IMG/VR virus record: IMGVR_UViG_3300030376_004413
Span: 1-40,926 of that record
DNA from: a virus
Taxonomy: Duplodnaviria > Caudoviricetes
DNA: 40,926 nt
Direction: 5' to 3' (one strand)
Numbering within the stretch: the stretch's first letter is position 1; every line of letters starts with the position of its first letter. Made by a program: the position numbers and the translations under genes. Shown one piece after another: positions 1 through 7,730 of the stretch. A model generated the notes under the pieces. That model saw only the letters and a program-made list of their open reading frames with translations. It was not told the DNA's origin and did no database searches.

Positions 1-1
1 C

Positions 2-85
2 AAAATCTTCATAGTTCGCGTTCTATGCGTGGTAGCACACAAAGACAGAGGATTCATACCCTCTATATTAGAACACCAAGGTTAA
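2..85 (+). CDS. 3' end of an upstream gene (partial)
   Basis: Frame 2 is open from the window start (KIFIVRVLCVV...LEHQG) to TAA at 83-85, directly followed by a terminator-like hairpin; frame 1 is also open to 99, so the frame is uncertain. Confidence 0.35.
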   Translation, partial: KIFIVRVLCVVAHKDRGFIPSILEHQG

Positions 86-136
86 GGGAGCTCACCTAGA
101 TAGCGATGTTGCTATCTCAAGTAGCTCCCATTTTTT
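86..136 (+). terminator. intrinsic terminator-like hairpin
   Basis: GGGAGCT...AGATAGCGA/TTGCTATCT...AGCTCCC followed by ATTTTTT. Confidence 0.6.
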
Positions 137-157
137 CTACCGACTAATACAAAACGT

Positions 158-280
158 ATGAAATGTCCTAAATGTGGCGACTATACGCGAAAGAAAATGA
201 CAGGCGCAGTCTGTTTAAATGATAACTGTAATTGGTGCACACATGATGTGTCTAAAACGACTAAAACTAAAGTCAAATGA
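158..280 (+). CDS. 40-aa zinc-ribbon microprotein (not in ORF track)
   Basis: Translated by hand: MKCPKCGDYTRKKMTGAVCLNDNCNWC...; CxxC...CxxxxC; stop overlaps the next start (ATGA at 277-280). Confidence 0.7.
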   Translation: MKCPKCGDYTRKKMTGAVCLNDNCNWCTHDVSKTTKTKVK

Positions 281-576
281 ACTATCATAAGATTACTATT
301 AACCCAGAGAAGATTACATCTCTTGAGGATACTAATCCTCTTCTTCAGTTATCATTAGCTGAGAAATTTGCTGAGTGTATCGTTGATATTCTTAACAACT
401 ACAAGTATGCTGAATACGATGCTAAAGTAGTTACTACTGAAGTTTGGGGACATGAGTTTGCTAACATAGTTAAGTTCAAAGGAGATCTTTCTGAACTTCA
501 TTTAGAGTTTATTAAGGCTTTCTGTCCTCATATTCACATTAGTTATAACTGGTATTGGGAGGCGAAAGATGAGTAG
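277..576 (+). CDS. hypothetical protein
   Basis: 99-aa ORF, coupled to neighbours on both sides. Confidence 0.75.
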   Translation: MNYHKITINPEKITSLEDTNPLLQLSLAEKFAECIVDILNNYKYAEYDAKVVTTEVWGHEFANIVKFKGDLSELHLEFIKAFCPHIHISYNWYWEAKDE

Positions 577-757
577 AACTACATACATAAAGAAAATATG
601 TATGGCTGATGTTGTCAAGCATTGGGGAGCTGCATTAGTTCCCCTTGTTGGCAATCATCATTACGCTGTATGTAATGTGAATGGAAGAATCAAATGGGAT
701 ACTACCCGTTTGGTTACTTCTGATGAAGCACTTCGTAAGGGTTATACACTCTTATGA
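569..757 (+). CDS. hypothetical protein
   Basis: 62-aa ORF overlapping the previous stop. Confidence 0.65.
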   Translation: MSRTTYIKKICMADVVKHWGAALVPLVGNHHYAVCNVNGRIKWDTTRLVTSDEALRKGYTLL

Positions 758-772
758 TTAAAAACATTGACA

Positions 773-1058
773 GAGGTGTTAAGCAATAGTGCTTACCTCA
801 GTAAACAACCAGGTTATGTGACTATTACATAAATCTTATGGAGGGGTGGTTCCCTCGAATACTTTAGTCGGTGGCATTCTCCTACGGGAGGTGTCACCGA
901 TAAAATACTATTGAGGGTGACAGCGTTACCTACTTATGTAATCATGTAAAACAGGGCCAAAATACTAAACTGGTATGGCGCGACCAGACATGTACGTAAA
1001 GTAAGGTATTCCCGAAGAATAAGAAAGCCAGGCGATAGCTGTGTTGGCCTGAGCTTTC
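773..1058 (+). ncRNA. candidate structured RNA or cis-regulatory element
   Basis: Gap without an ORF-track gene, containing about 5 stems, including a long stem (852-917) capped by a C(UACG)G tetraloop with G-U pairs on the + strand. Confidence 0.45.
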
Positions 1059-1131
1059 ATATATTTAATTTATAATACTAAGGTTAAACATCAGCCGACT
1101 AAAAATGATGTAACACAATAGACCTATAAAT

Positions 1132-1455
1132 ATGAAAAGGTTATTTGTATTAGTAAGTGCCGTTATGCTTTTGGCCTCGTGTGAAAGCAGCCGTTCTACA
1201 TTCGTTGATGTAGAGGATGGAAAGATGTTCGTTCTTGAGTGCGGACATTACAATCAGTTTATTACTGAAGGTGATACCATAATTTATGCCCGCAAGGTAA
1301 ACTCAGCGAGAGCTAGAGGTTGGGAACAATTTTATGGTCTTTATAAGAACAAAGCTTTGCCTTTGGACACTGATTTTGATCACTTCAGTAAAGTAGATTC
1401 TACTTATACCTACAGCTCTACTACTTATCATATAGCTACAAAAGTTAGCCTATGA
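1132..1455 (+). CDS. putative lipoprotein
   Basis: MKR + hydrophobic stretch + lipobox LAS-C. Confidence 0.75.
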   Translation: MKRLFVLVSAVMLLASCESSRSTFVDVEDGKMFVLECGHYNQFITEGDTIIYARKVNSARARGWEQFYGLYKNKALPLDTDFDHFSKVDSTYTYSSTTYHIATKVSL

Positions 1456-1559
1456 TGGGAGACCTGTTGGTTTACTTTATTCTTCAGACGGCTGTGACAT
1501 TGTTCATGGCCGTCATTTTTTTATTCACCCACAAAAACAAAAGACGTGGCAAAAAATAG
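1452..1559 (+). CDS. 35-aa single-TM microprotein (not in ORF track)
   Basis: ATGA overlap with the previous gene; MMGDLLVYFILQTAVTLFMAVIFLFTHKNKRRGKK, a hydrophobic helix with a basic tail. Confidence 0.45.
   Translation: MMGDLLVYFILQTAVTLFMAVIFLFTHKNKRRGKK
1487..1522 (+). terminator. intrinsic terminator
   Basis: GACGGCTGTGA/TCATGGCCGTC 11-bp stem (2 G-U) followed by A and a T7 tract. Confidence 0.65.
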
Positions 1560-1878
1560 AACAGAGCTTCTACACTCTATAAAAGGTAGACTAGAGAAAT
1601 TTATTAGTAACCCTCTTCTTAATCCTGACTTTTCAGATATGTCTGTAGGTGATGAGAACAATGCTACTAATTATATTCAAGACATAGTAGATGATGTAAG
1701 CTTTTACATTGATGTCTATCAAGATTCTGAGCATCTTGGTAATTTAGTACAGATACATGATGATGTTGAGTCTACAATGCTTGATACTATCCTTGCTATG
1801 AATGAAGATGTTGTCATTCCTGATGATAATACTTTGTCTGAAATGTATGAAGCATCTAAAGAAAAGGAGAAATCATGA
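1546..1878 (+). CDS. hypothetical acidic protein
   Basis: 110-aa ORF with GTG start and ATGA overlap downstream. Confidence 0.7.
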   Translation: MAKNRTELLHSIKGRLEKFISNPLLNPDFSDMSVGDENNATNYIQDIVDDVSFYIDVYQDSEHLGNLVQIHDDVESTMLDTILAMNEDVVIPDDNTLSEMYEASKEKEKS

Positions 1879-2114
1879 TAGGATTTATTATCGCAACAAT
1901 GGCATTTATAATATGCTTACTGTCTTTGATAATAGGATATATATTAATGGAAGATTATACTGTACAGTTTTATCGTGCAGTTAATCTTACCATTATTCCT
2001 ACTATCACTCTACCTAATCTCATGACTCCAGGGAAATCTGACTGTATAATGATGGTCGCATTTCCTATCTTTGGTACTATTGCTATTGATAAGGTAGTAA
2101 ACGAATACGACTGA
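1875..2114 (+). CDS. hypothetical membrane protein
   Basis: 79 aa with an N-terminal hydrophobic helix. Confidence 0.65.
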   Translation: MIGFIIATMAFIICLLSLIIGYILMEDYTVQFYRAVNLTIIPTITLPNLMTPGKSDCIMMVAFPIFGTIAIDKVVNEYD

Positions 2115-2115
2115 T

Positions 2116-2526
2116 ATGAGAAACTTACTTGTTATCTTAATATTATTCTTGTCTTCTTGTTCTAAAGGCACCGAACCTGGTATATTCCAGATAGGTGTTT
2201 GGGAACAACCGAACATGAATACTATGTCATTCGTAATTGATATAGAGACAGCTCCATTTGACTATGATGAAGACTTTTACATAGAATTAGTAATGCTTGC
2301 TAAGCCTATTACAAATCTCATATCAGAAGAAGATTGGATAGAAAGTATAGAGTTACCTACTTATTATAAGAGTGTAATTCTTACGTGTGATGATTTCATA
2401 CTTTGCAAAGGTAAACTTGTCTATCATTTAGGACATCAGTTTGAGCAAGAGTTTGATTCTTCAGGGTACTACTTGGATTATGAAGTAGCTACTGAACATG
2501 ATTATATAGGGAGGGTCATTCATTGA
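2116..2526 (+). CDS. putative lipoprotein
   Basis: MRNLLVILILFLSS-C lipobox; acidic mature domain. Confidence 0.75.
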   Translation: MRNLLVILILFLSSCSKGTEPGIFQIGVWEQPNMNTMSFVIDIETAPFDYDEDFYIELVMLAKPITNLISEEDWIESIELPTYYKSVILTCDDFILCKGKLVYHLGHQFEQEFDSSGYYLDYEVATEHDYIGRVIH

Positions 2527-2540
2527 CCTTCTCTATTTTT
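2509..2540 (+). terminator. intrinsic terminator
   Basis: GGAGGGTCA/TGACCTTCT stem overlapping the stop codon, followed by TATTTTT. Confidence 0.6.
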
Positions 2541-2550
2541 AGACTAAAAA

Positions 2551-2740
2551 GAACGACCCTTAAGACCTCTTGATAGTCTTAGGAAAGCGTTCCGCATAAG
2601 ATAAAATCTGTTCTTATGTTGATAAATCCAGTGATAGATAGTCCTGTCTCAAAAAAAGTAAGATCCGATCAAGCGGATTTGAATCATAGCAGTACGTAAT
2701 GCTATGAACGCTCACATAAAGTAGACTATTGCTTGTGTGA
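2551..2740 (+). ncRNA. candidate structured RNA (tandem hairpins)
   Basis: Five consecutive stems in a gap with no ORF-track gene: 2551-2592, 2594-2619, 2661-2680, 2684-2707, 2712-2740. Confidence 0.4.
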
Positions 2741-2764
2741 TTAACTTTTCCTAAAAACCCGACA

Positions 2765-3013
2765 ATGGAAAGGAGTAAAAGAAATAAAGACCTGTATAAT
2801 AGTTACATGGAATGTAAAGCAGGCGAACTTCTATCACATCACTTGATGCTGATACAAAACTTGGCATTTGATGCTAAGACAGTAAAACAATATGATGAAT
2901 ATCTCGATGATGAGATAGAAAAGATATTGTTCAGAGATGCGGATGAGTCTGAACTAGTGCAGCTCATTCAAATGCAAGAGGTCACTAGAAAGTCACTAAT
3001 CCAAATGAATTGA
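2765..3013 (+). CDS. hypothetical protein
   Basis: 82-aa ORF with A-rich upstream sequence. Confidence 0.7.
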   Translation: MERSKRNKDLYNSYMECKAGELLSHHLMLIQNLAFDAKTVKQYDEYLDDEIEKILFRDADESELVQLIQMQEVTRKSLIQMN

Positions 3014-3627
3014 AGATGATTGTATTTGCTGTTGTAATGATGTTAAGTGTGTTGGGTGTATTACTTAAAGCCCACATTACTTTAAATGCAAAAAGACTTA
3101 TACTTCCTATAAGTTTACTACTTGTAAGTGTTAGTCTTGTTCCTTTAACATACTACATGCCTAATCTGTTGGCAGAAATTGTAAGATTTGTTATCGGAGC
3201 TTCTTTCTTAGCTTGGTTTATAGTCATGTACTTTAAATTTAAGCTGGCTCCTGACTCTGAGTTTATAGATATAAATAAGCTTAAAAGAGATAATACTGTG
3301 AAAGCAGTAAAAAAGGAGTTTAATAAGAGAATGCAGAAGGAAGATTTTAAGAAGGCTAAAAAGCCTGCTAAGAAATCTAAGCCGGCTAGTAAATCAAAGA
3401 CACCTGTAAAGTCTGAACCATCTGAGTCTAAAAATGAAGTTATTCCTATTGGGAGTAAAGTTATGGCAGGCAAAGAGGGAGAAGATAAAGCAGAAGGTGT
3501 AGTAGAATTGTTTATTCCATCTCTTGACATGGTAACTCCCGGTGCTAAAGGCAAAGGATATCGTGTAAGAATGGATAATGATAATACTATTCTTTATTAT
3601 CGCACTGACGAGGTGCAAAAGGTTTAA
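3010..3627 (+). CDS. membrane protein: 3 TM helices, Lys/Ser/Pro-rich linker, C-terminal SH3/KOW-like beta domain
   Basis: Three hydrophobic segments in aa 1-77; KKAKKPAKKSKPASKSK linker; IGSKV...GVV...YRVRMD pattern; start may be ATG 3016. Confidence 0.7.
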   Translation: MKMIVFAVVMMLSVLGVLLKAHITLNAKRLILPISLLLVSVSLVPLTYYMPNLLAEIVRFVIGASFLAWFIVMYFKFKLAPDSEFIDINKLKRDNTVKAVKKEFNKRMQKEDFKKAKKPAKKSKPASKSKTPVKSEPSESKNEVIPIGSKVMAGKEGEDKAEGVVELFIPSLDMVTPGAKGKGYRVRMDNDNTILYYRTDEVQKV

Positions 3628-3673
3628 AGGACAACCTGTAATGTCCCATAATCTATTTCCCATATAAAATATA

Positions 3674-4696
3674 ATGGACGAGGAAAAAGATTTAGAAAGA
3701 AAGATCGGATTAATGCTGATGTCCGGTCAAATGAGAAACTTAGTAAGATCAGCTATTAAAGATGAGATTAGTGATAATAGAATTGACGGTCGTATCATTA
3801 ATCGTATGTCTAAAATCGAAGAAAAGGTTGTAGACCAGCTTACTTCAGCAGTAGAGGCGATAAAAGAACGTACTTCTGTTACGCAAATAACTCTTAATGA
3901 GTCTACTTATGAGGTTGATCCTCTTAAGACTCACAAGAGTACATCAGAGGTTCTAATGTACTTGCAGCTATTTAAGCAGTCAATGATTGTAGGACCTACG
4001 GGTTCTGGTAAATCTACGCTTGCTAAACAGGTTGCAGATATTATGGATCTTAGATTCGCTACATTCTCTTGTAATGAGGAGGCAAGTAAGACAGAGCTTA
4101 TAGGTTTTAATGACCTTGCTGGCTATAACTATCCTACTTTCCTTGATTTCTATGAGAATGGAGGTGTTATGCTTATTGATGAGTATGATGCTATGTCTCC
4201 TGGAATGTCAATAGTGTTGAATGCTGCGTTTGATCGCAGTGGTATGCTCTCTGTACCTACTCGTAAGGGTAATACAATGGCTATCAAGCATGAAGACTTC
4301 TATTGTATTCTTGCAGGTAATACTTGGGGTAACGCAAGTATGGATTATTCTGCTAGGGATATTCAGGACACAGCTTTCTTGGACAGGTTTAAGATGTGTA
4401 GAGTGTACATTGACTACGATCAAGAGCTAGAACAAACTCTTACCGATGTTAATTGGGTTGCTATGATGAATACTATTCGTCAGACAATCAAAGACAAGGG
4501 TATCAATGAGGTTATCTCTACTCGTACAGTCGTAGACTGTTATACTATGTTCCAAAATGGATTTAATACATACAAGATCATGAATGTATTGACTTCTCAT
4601 TGGGATAATACTGAAAGAGACGTGTTCTTAGAAGTTGTTAAGCCTAACTGTAAAGCTTATGAAAATGGATCTAAAGAGGAAGAGGTTACAGTCTAA
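3674..4696 (+). CDS. MoxR/CbbQ/CobS-like AAA+ ATPase
   Basis: Walker A GPTGSGKS, Walker B MLIDEYD, sensor-1 AGNT, arginine finger FLDRF. Confidence 0.9.
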   Translation: MDEEKDLERKIGLMLMSGQMRNLVRSAIKDEISDNRIDGRIINRMSKIEEKVVDQLTSAVEAIKERTSVTQITLNESTYEVDPLKTHKSTSEVLMYLQLFKQSMIVGPTGSGKSTLAKQVADIMDLRFATFSCNEEASKTELIGFNDLAGYNYPTFLDFYENGGVMLIDEYDAMSPGMSIVLNAAFDRSGMLSVPTRKGNTMAIKHEDFYCILAGNTWGNASMDYSARDIQDTAFLDRFKMCRVYIDYDQELEQTLTDVNWVAMMNTIRQTIKDKGINEVISTRTVVDCYTMFQNGFNTYKIMNVLTSHWDNTERDVFLEVVKPNCKAYENGSKEEEVTV

Positions 4697-5597
4697 GCAT
4701 GCTGAGTACATAGTATTTGATTCTATGTTTCAGTATGTAAAAGCTGTTGATGATCAAGAAGGTGTTCATGAAGACGTTGAAGATCTCCAAGATGATGAGG
4801 AAAGACTCTACGTTATAAGAGAATGTCTTGATGATGGTAGTGGAGAAAATTCTTGGAGATTCGGAGACGATCTTTATAAAGAAACTTATACTGACAGGTT
4901 TAAAAATCTTAATCCTAGAGAAGATATAGTTTCAAAGATCAAAGATGAGTTCAAACAATCTATGAACTCTGATGGCCTTCAACACTTGTTCCAAGAGATG
5001 GTCTCAAAGCGTAGAAGACGTGAGTTCCGTGATGATTATGGCAGGTTTAGTATTCCTAGAGCTCTCAGTGGTAACACTGATATGTTTGTTAACAGGAAGA
5101 AAAAGACTTCTCATGGTCTCAAGATTGGAATTAAGTTAGGTCTTAATGCAGGTAATAATGATTCGCAGTTTGTTAAGCTTGTCACTAATTTATCTGTAGC
5201 TGTTATGATGATAGAAGCGGCAGGTATACCTGTAGAGCTTCATATTCTGTTTGATGGCGAAAAAATAACTTCTGATTGGGATCGTCAAGGTATATCCTTT
5301 ATTGTAAAGGGTAGTTCTGAGAGAATGAATATTAACCGCATAGCTTTACTAGGCAATGTGGGTATGTTCAGATACCATACTTTCTTAGCATGGTGTTACT
5401 TTCTTTCAGGCGAAGTAAGAAGCGGATTAGGACGAGATTCTAATAAAGGTTATAAAGAGGACGCAAAACTCTTAGGCCTAGATATAATCCTTGGATCCGA
5501 GTTTAAAGACAATGATGTCGAAGCGGCATTTAATTTACTTACAAAACAAATCTTTAATAAAAATGATAAAGTTTCTCAAGGCACTGTTGATGCCTAA
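4665..5597 (+). CDS. putative vWA-domain partner of the AAA+ ATPase (CobT-like)
   Basis: Adjacent to the MoxR-like ATPase; alpha/beta pattern (IEAAGIPVELHI); MIDAS not recognisable; ATG 4665 preferred over TTG 4635. Confidence 0.6.
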   Translation: MDLKRKRLQSKHAEYIVFDSMFQYVKAVDDQEGVHEDVEDLQDDEERLYVIRECLDDGSGENSWRFGDDLYKETYTDRFKNLNPREDIVSKIKDEFKQSMNSDGLQHLFQEMVSKRRRREFRDDYGRFSIPRALSGNTDMFVNRKKKTSHGLKIGIKLGLNAGNNDSQFVKLVTNLSVAVMMIEAAGIPVELHILFDGEKITSDWDRQGISFIVKGSSERMNINRIALLGNVGMFRYHTFLAWCYFLSGEVRSGLGRDSNKGYKEDAKLLGLDIILGSEFKDNDVEAAFNLLTKQIFNKNDKVSQGTVDA

Positions 5598-6444
5598 TAT
5601 TCAACACGAAGTGGCTCAAGGCCATAATCCTATATCTATAAAAGCTCTAGAGAGTCACGGTCTTTTGGACAGTAACGGCTCTCTAGCTATTGCTATCTCT
5701 ACTGATAGTAGGATTAAAAGGGCATTTATTCATTCAAAGGTCAAGGATTGCTTAGAGTCTCTGCATAAAGCAAAAATTTATGAGGAGGCACAAGCTGCTT
5801 GTATTAAGTTGATTGACTTAAAGCTAAAATATCCCTCAGCAGTAATGCTAGGCAGGGGTGTAGAGTCTAATCCCGTACAAAAAGATCTTAGTATGGAGCA
5901 GAAGAAGGCAGCTATAAGTGATATGATGGATTCTGATCCTGAGTTTAAAGCTATGATAGAGGCTGGAGGCCCGGAAGATATTCCCTTAGATATGAGGGAA
6001 CATGCTGTATCTCATTACATAGATCTAGTTAAAAAAGCTCCCCTTGTAACAAAGGATGATTTTTGTACTACTATGGGAGGAGATAAGTATATCACTGATT
6101 TACTACTTGATGATCCGGATTATAAATCTAAACTGGTGAATATTGTAGTGAAGACCGCCACAAAGTCTAATGATGTCTCAGATTTAGTTCCTGCTATTTT
6201 AGGACTAGGGTTATCTTATAATGAGATAATGATGGGTGGATACTTAATGGGTATTATTAACGGTGTAAGACAGAAGATGTACAATCTTCCTGAATACGAT
6301 TTAGTTAAGGATACTTGTCTATTGAATACTATATATGATATATGTGTTCCTTACTCGTTAGGTATTGCTTTGGATGAGATGGATTACAGTGAACTTGAAG
6401 TAGAATTACGAACCGCCTTAAAAATAGAACAAGGAGATGTATAA
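5563..6444 (+). CDS. hypothetical protein
   Basis: Long ORF; ATG at 5563 after an A-rich tract preferred over TTG 5491. Confidence 0.75.
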   Translation: MIKFLKALLMPNIQHEVAQGHNPISIKALESHGLLDSNGSLAIAISTDSRIKRAFIHSKVKDCLESLHKAKIYEEAQAACIKLIDLKLKYPSAVMLGRGVESNPVQKDLSMEQKKAAISDMMDSDPEFKAMIEAGGPEDIPLDMREHAVSHYIDLVKKAPLVTKDDFCTTMGGDKYITDLLLDDPDYKSKLVNIVVKTATKSNDVSDLVPAILGLGLSYNEIMMGGYLMGIINGVRQKMYNLPEYDLVKDTCLLNTIYDICVPYSLGIALDEMDYSELEVELRTALKIEQGDV

Positions 6445-6763
6445 TCAAGGGGATAAGTTAATATGTACACAGACATCGGTAATTCATATGCCGATGTATG
6501 TGAACATGTCTAAGAAAGTAGTAGAGCACACTGATACTCTTATCAGTGAAAGCTCTATTAATGATCAAATGGATAAGTCTAATAAGATGTTTGTGCCTGT
6601 GCTCAGAGTAGAGAGTACTTTCACGGATGTTAATGGTAAACAGTGGCTAAAGTTCGAGAATGGACAGAAAACGCCAAAAAGATATCAATTACACCATTTA
6701 CATCCAGCGTCTAAGTTCAGACCTGCTACAATTTCAGATATAAACCCTAGAAAACATGGATGA
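6437..6763 (+). CDS. hypothetical protein
   Basis: 108-aa ORF coupled to neighbours. Confidence 0.7.
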   Translation: MYNQGDKLICTQTSVIHMPMYVNMSKKVVEHTDTLISESSINDQMDKSNKMFVPVLRVESTFTDVNGKQWLKFENGQKTPKRYQLHHLHPASKFRPATISDINPRKHG

Positions 6764-7247
6764 GATCCTAAAAGAGATACCGGATTACACTTTCCGGTCA
6801 AAGATTAATAGTGTAAAGCTTCTTTTGAGCAAAGGATGCTTAGTTGTATTTACTGATAATACATCTGGTCATAATTTTGAGTTAGGCGTACCTCATATCA
6901 TTGACTCTGTTAAAGAGAGTTATTCTGGAAATTATGAGATAACGGCTACCAATACTCAAAATGATAACAGATTTGTCAATAATGTCAGTAGAAGCTCTTT
7001 TCAGATAATAGGCGCTCAAAGGTCTATTGTAGAGAGTACTATTAAATCTCTTGACAAGGAGCAAAAAAAGCTAGAGTTTCTCATCAGCAAGATGGATACG
7101 CTAGGGCTTACAAATCCTAAAGATCATATTGATATCCGTAAGGAGTTGATAGGAGCTATCTTGAATAAGGTTGACGATCCTGATATAGATCGTACAGAGA
7201 AAGTTCAGATTATTGCTGAATTGATGGACAGTATGCTGTCTATCTAA
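6756..7247 (+). CDS. hypothetical protein
   Basis: 163-aa ORF followed by a terminator. Confidence 0.75.
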   Translation: MDEILKEIPDYTFRSKINSVKLLLSKGCLVVFTDNTSGHNFELGVPHIIDSVKESYSGNYEITATNTQNDNRFVNNVSRSSFQIIGAQRSIVESTIKSLDKEQKKLEFLISKMDTLGLTNPKDHIDIRKELIGAILNKVDDPDIDRTEKVQIIAELMDSMLSI

Positions 7248-7255
7248 CGTGATTG

Positions 7256-7284
7256 AGGGAGGGGGAAAATCCCTCTCCCTTTTT
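7256..7284 (+). terminator. intrinsic terminator
   Basis: AGGGAGGGGGA-AAA-TCCCTCTCCCT followed by TTTT. Confidence 0.8.
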
Positions 7285-7304
7285 AATACATAAAATATTG
7301 TAAA

Positions 7305-7730
7305 ATGGCATACAGACAAACAATAGTAGCCAAAAGATTATTAGCCTTTGTAGGATCTAATCGTATTAAGTTTTATAACACAGGAGCTGATTACAGTAAA
7401 TTCATAAAAACCTCAGAGACTAACGTAACAAAATTATGTGTATTTGAGATAACAGACCCTCTTGATATGCATGACCTTGAAGTTAAAACTATTGCACAAA
7501 AGTGTGATCTTGAAATTGATGACGTAAAAGCATATATAGGTAATTTTAGATATGAGATATCTGATATAATGCCTGTATCTTTAGCGGTTGAGTTAGCTAC
7601 CAGAGGTTACGACAGTCCGGTTTACGGTAAAAGTCTTATATCTACAGGTTTAGCAGTTACAGACCTTAATAAAGTTATTTTAGAAAATGATAAAGTTGAT
7701 CACGGAGAAGGAGCAGACCTCGCTTTTTAA
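7305..7730 (+). CDS. hypothetical protein
   Basis: 141-aa ORF directly upstream of the polymerase. Confidence 0.75.
   Translation: MAYRQTIVAKRLLAFVGSNRIKFYNTGADYSKFIKTSETNVTKLCVFEITDPLDMHDLEVKTIAQKCDLEIDDVKAYIGNFRYEISDIMPVSLAVELATRGYDSPVYGKSLISTGLAVTDLNKVILENDKVDHGEGADLAF

Noticed and set aside
47-81. AGAGG...CCTCT stem with an A-rich tail resembling a preQ1-I riboswitch
   Set aside because: The loop lacks the conserved UUC arrangement, the tail is not AAAAAACUA, it probably lies within a CDS, and no queuosine gene follows
720-760. CTGATGA hammerhead-like core
   Set aside because: Inside a CDS, with no suitably placed GAAA or three-stem junction
767-795. TTGACA as a sigma70 -35 element
   Set aside because: No -10 hexamer at 16-18 nt spacing
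68-1087. 15/18 match TTAGAACACCAAGGTTAA (68-85) vs TTATAATACTAAGGTTAA (1070-1087) as a phage promoter
   Set aside because: Only two copies, AT-rich, and the first is probably the coding end of the upstream gene; insufficient without the whole genome
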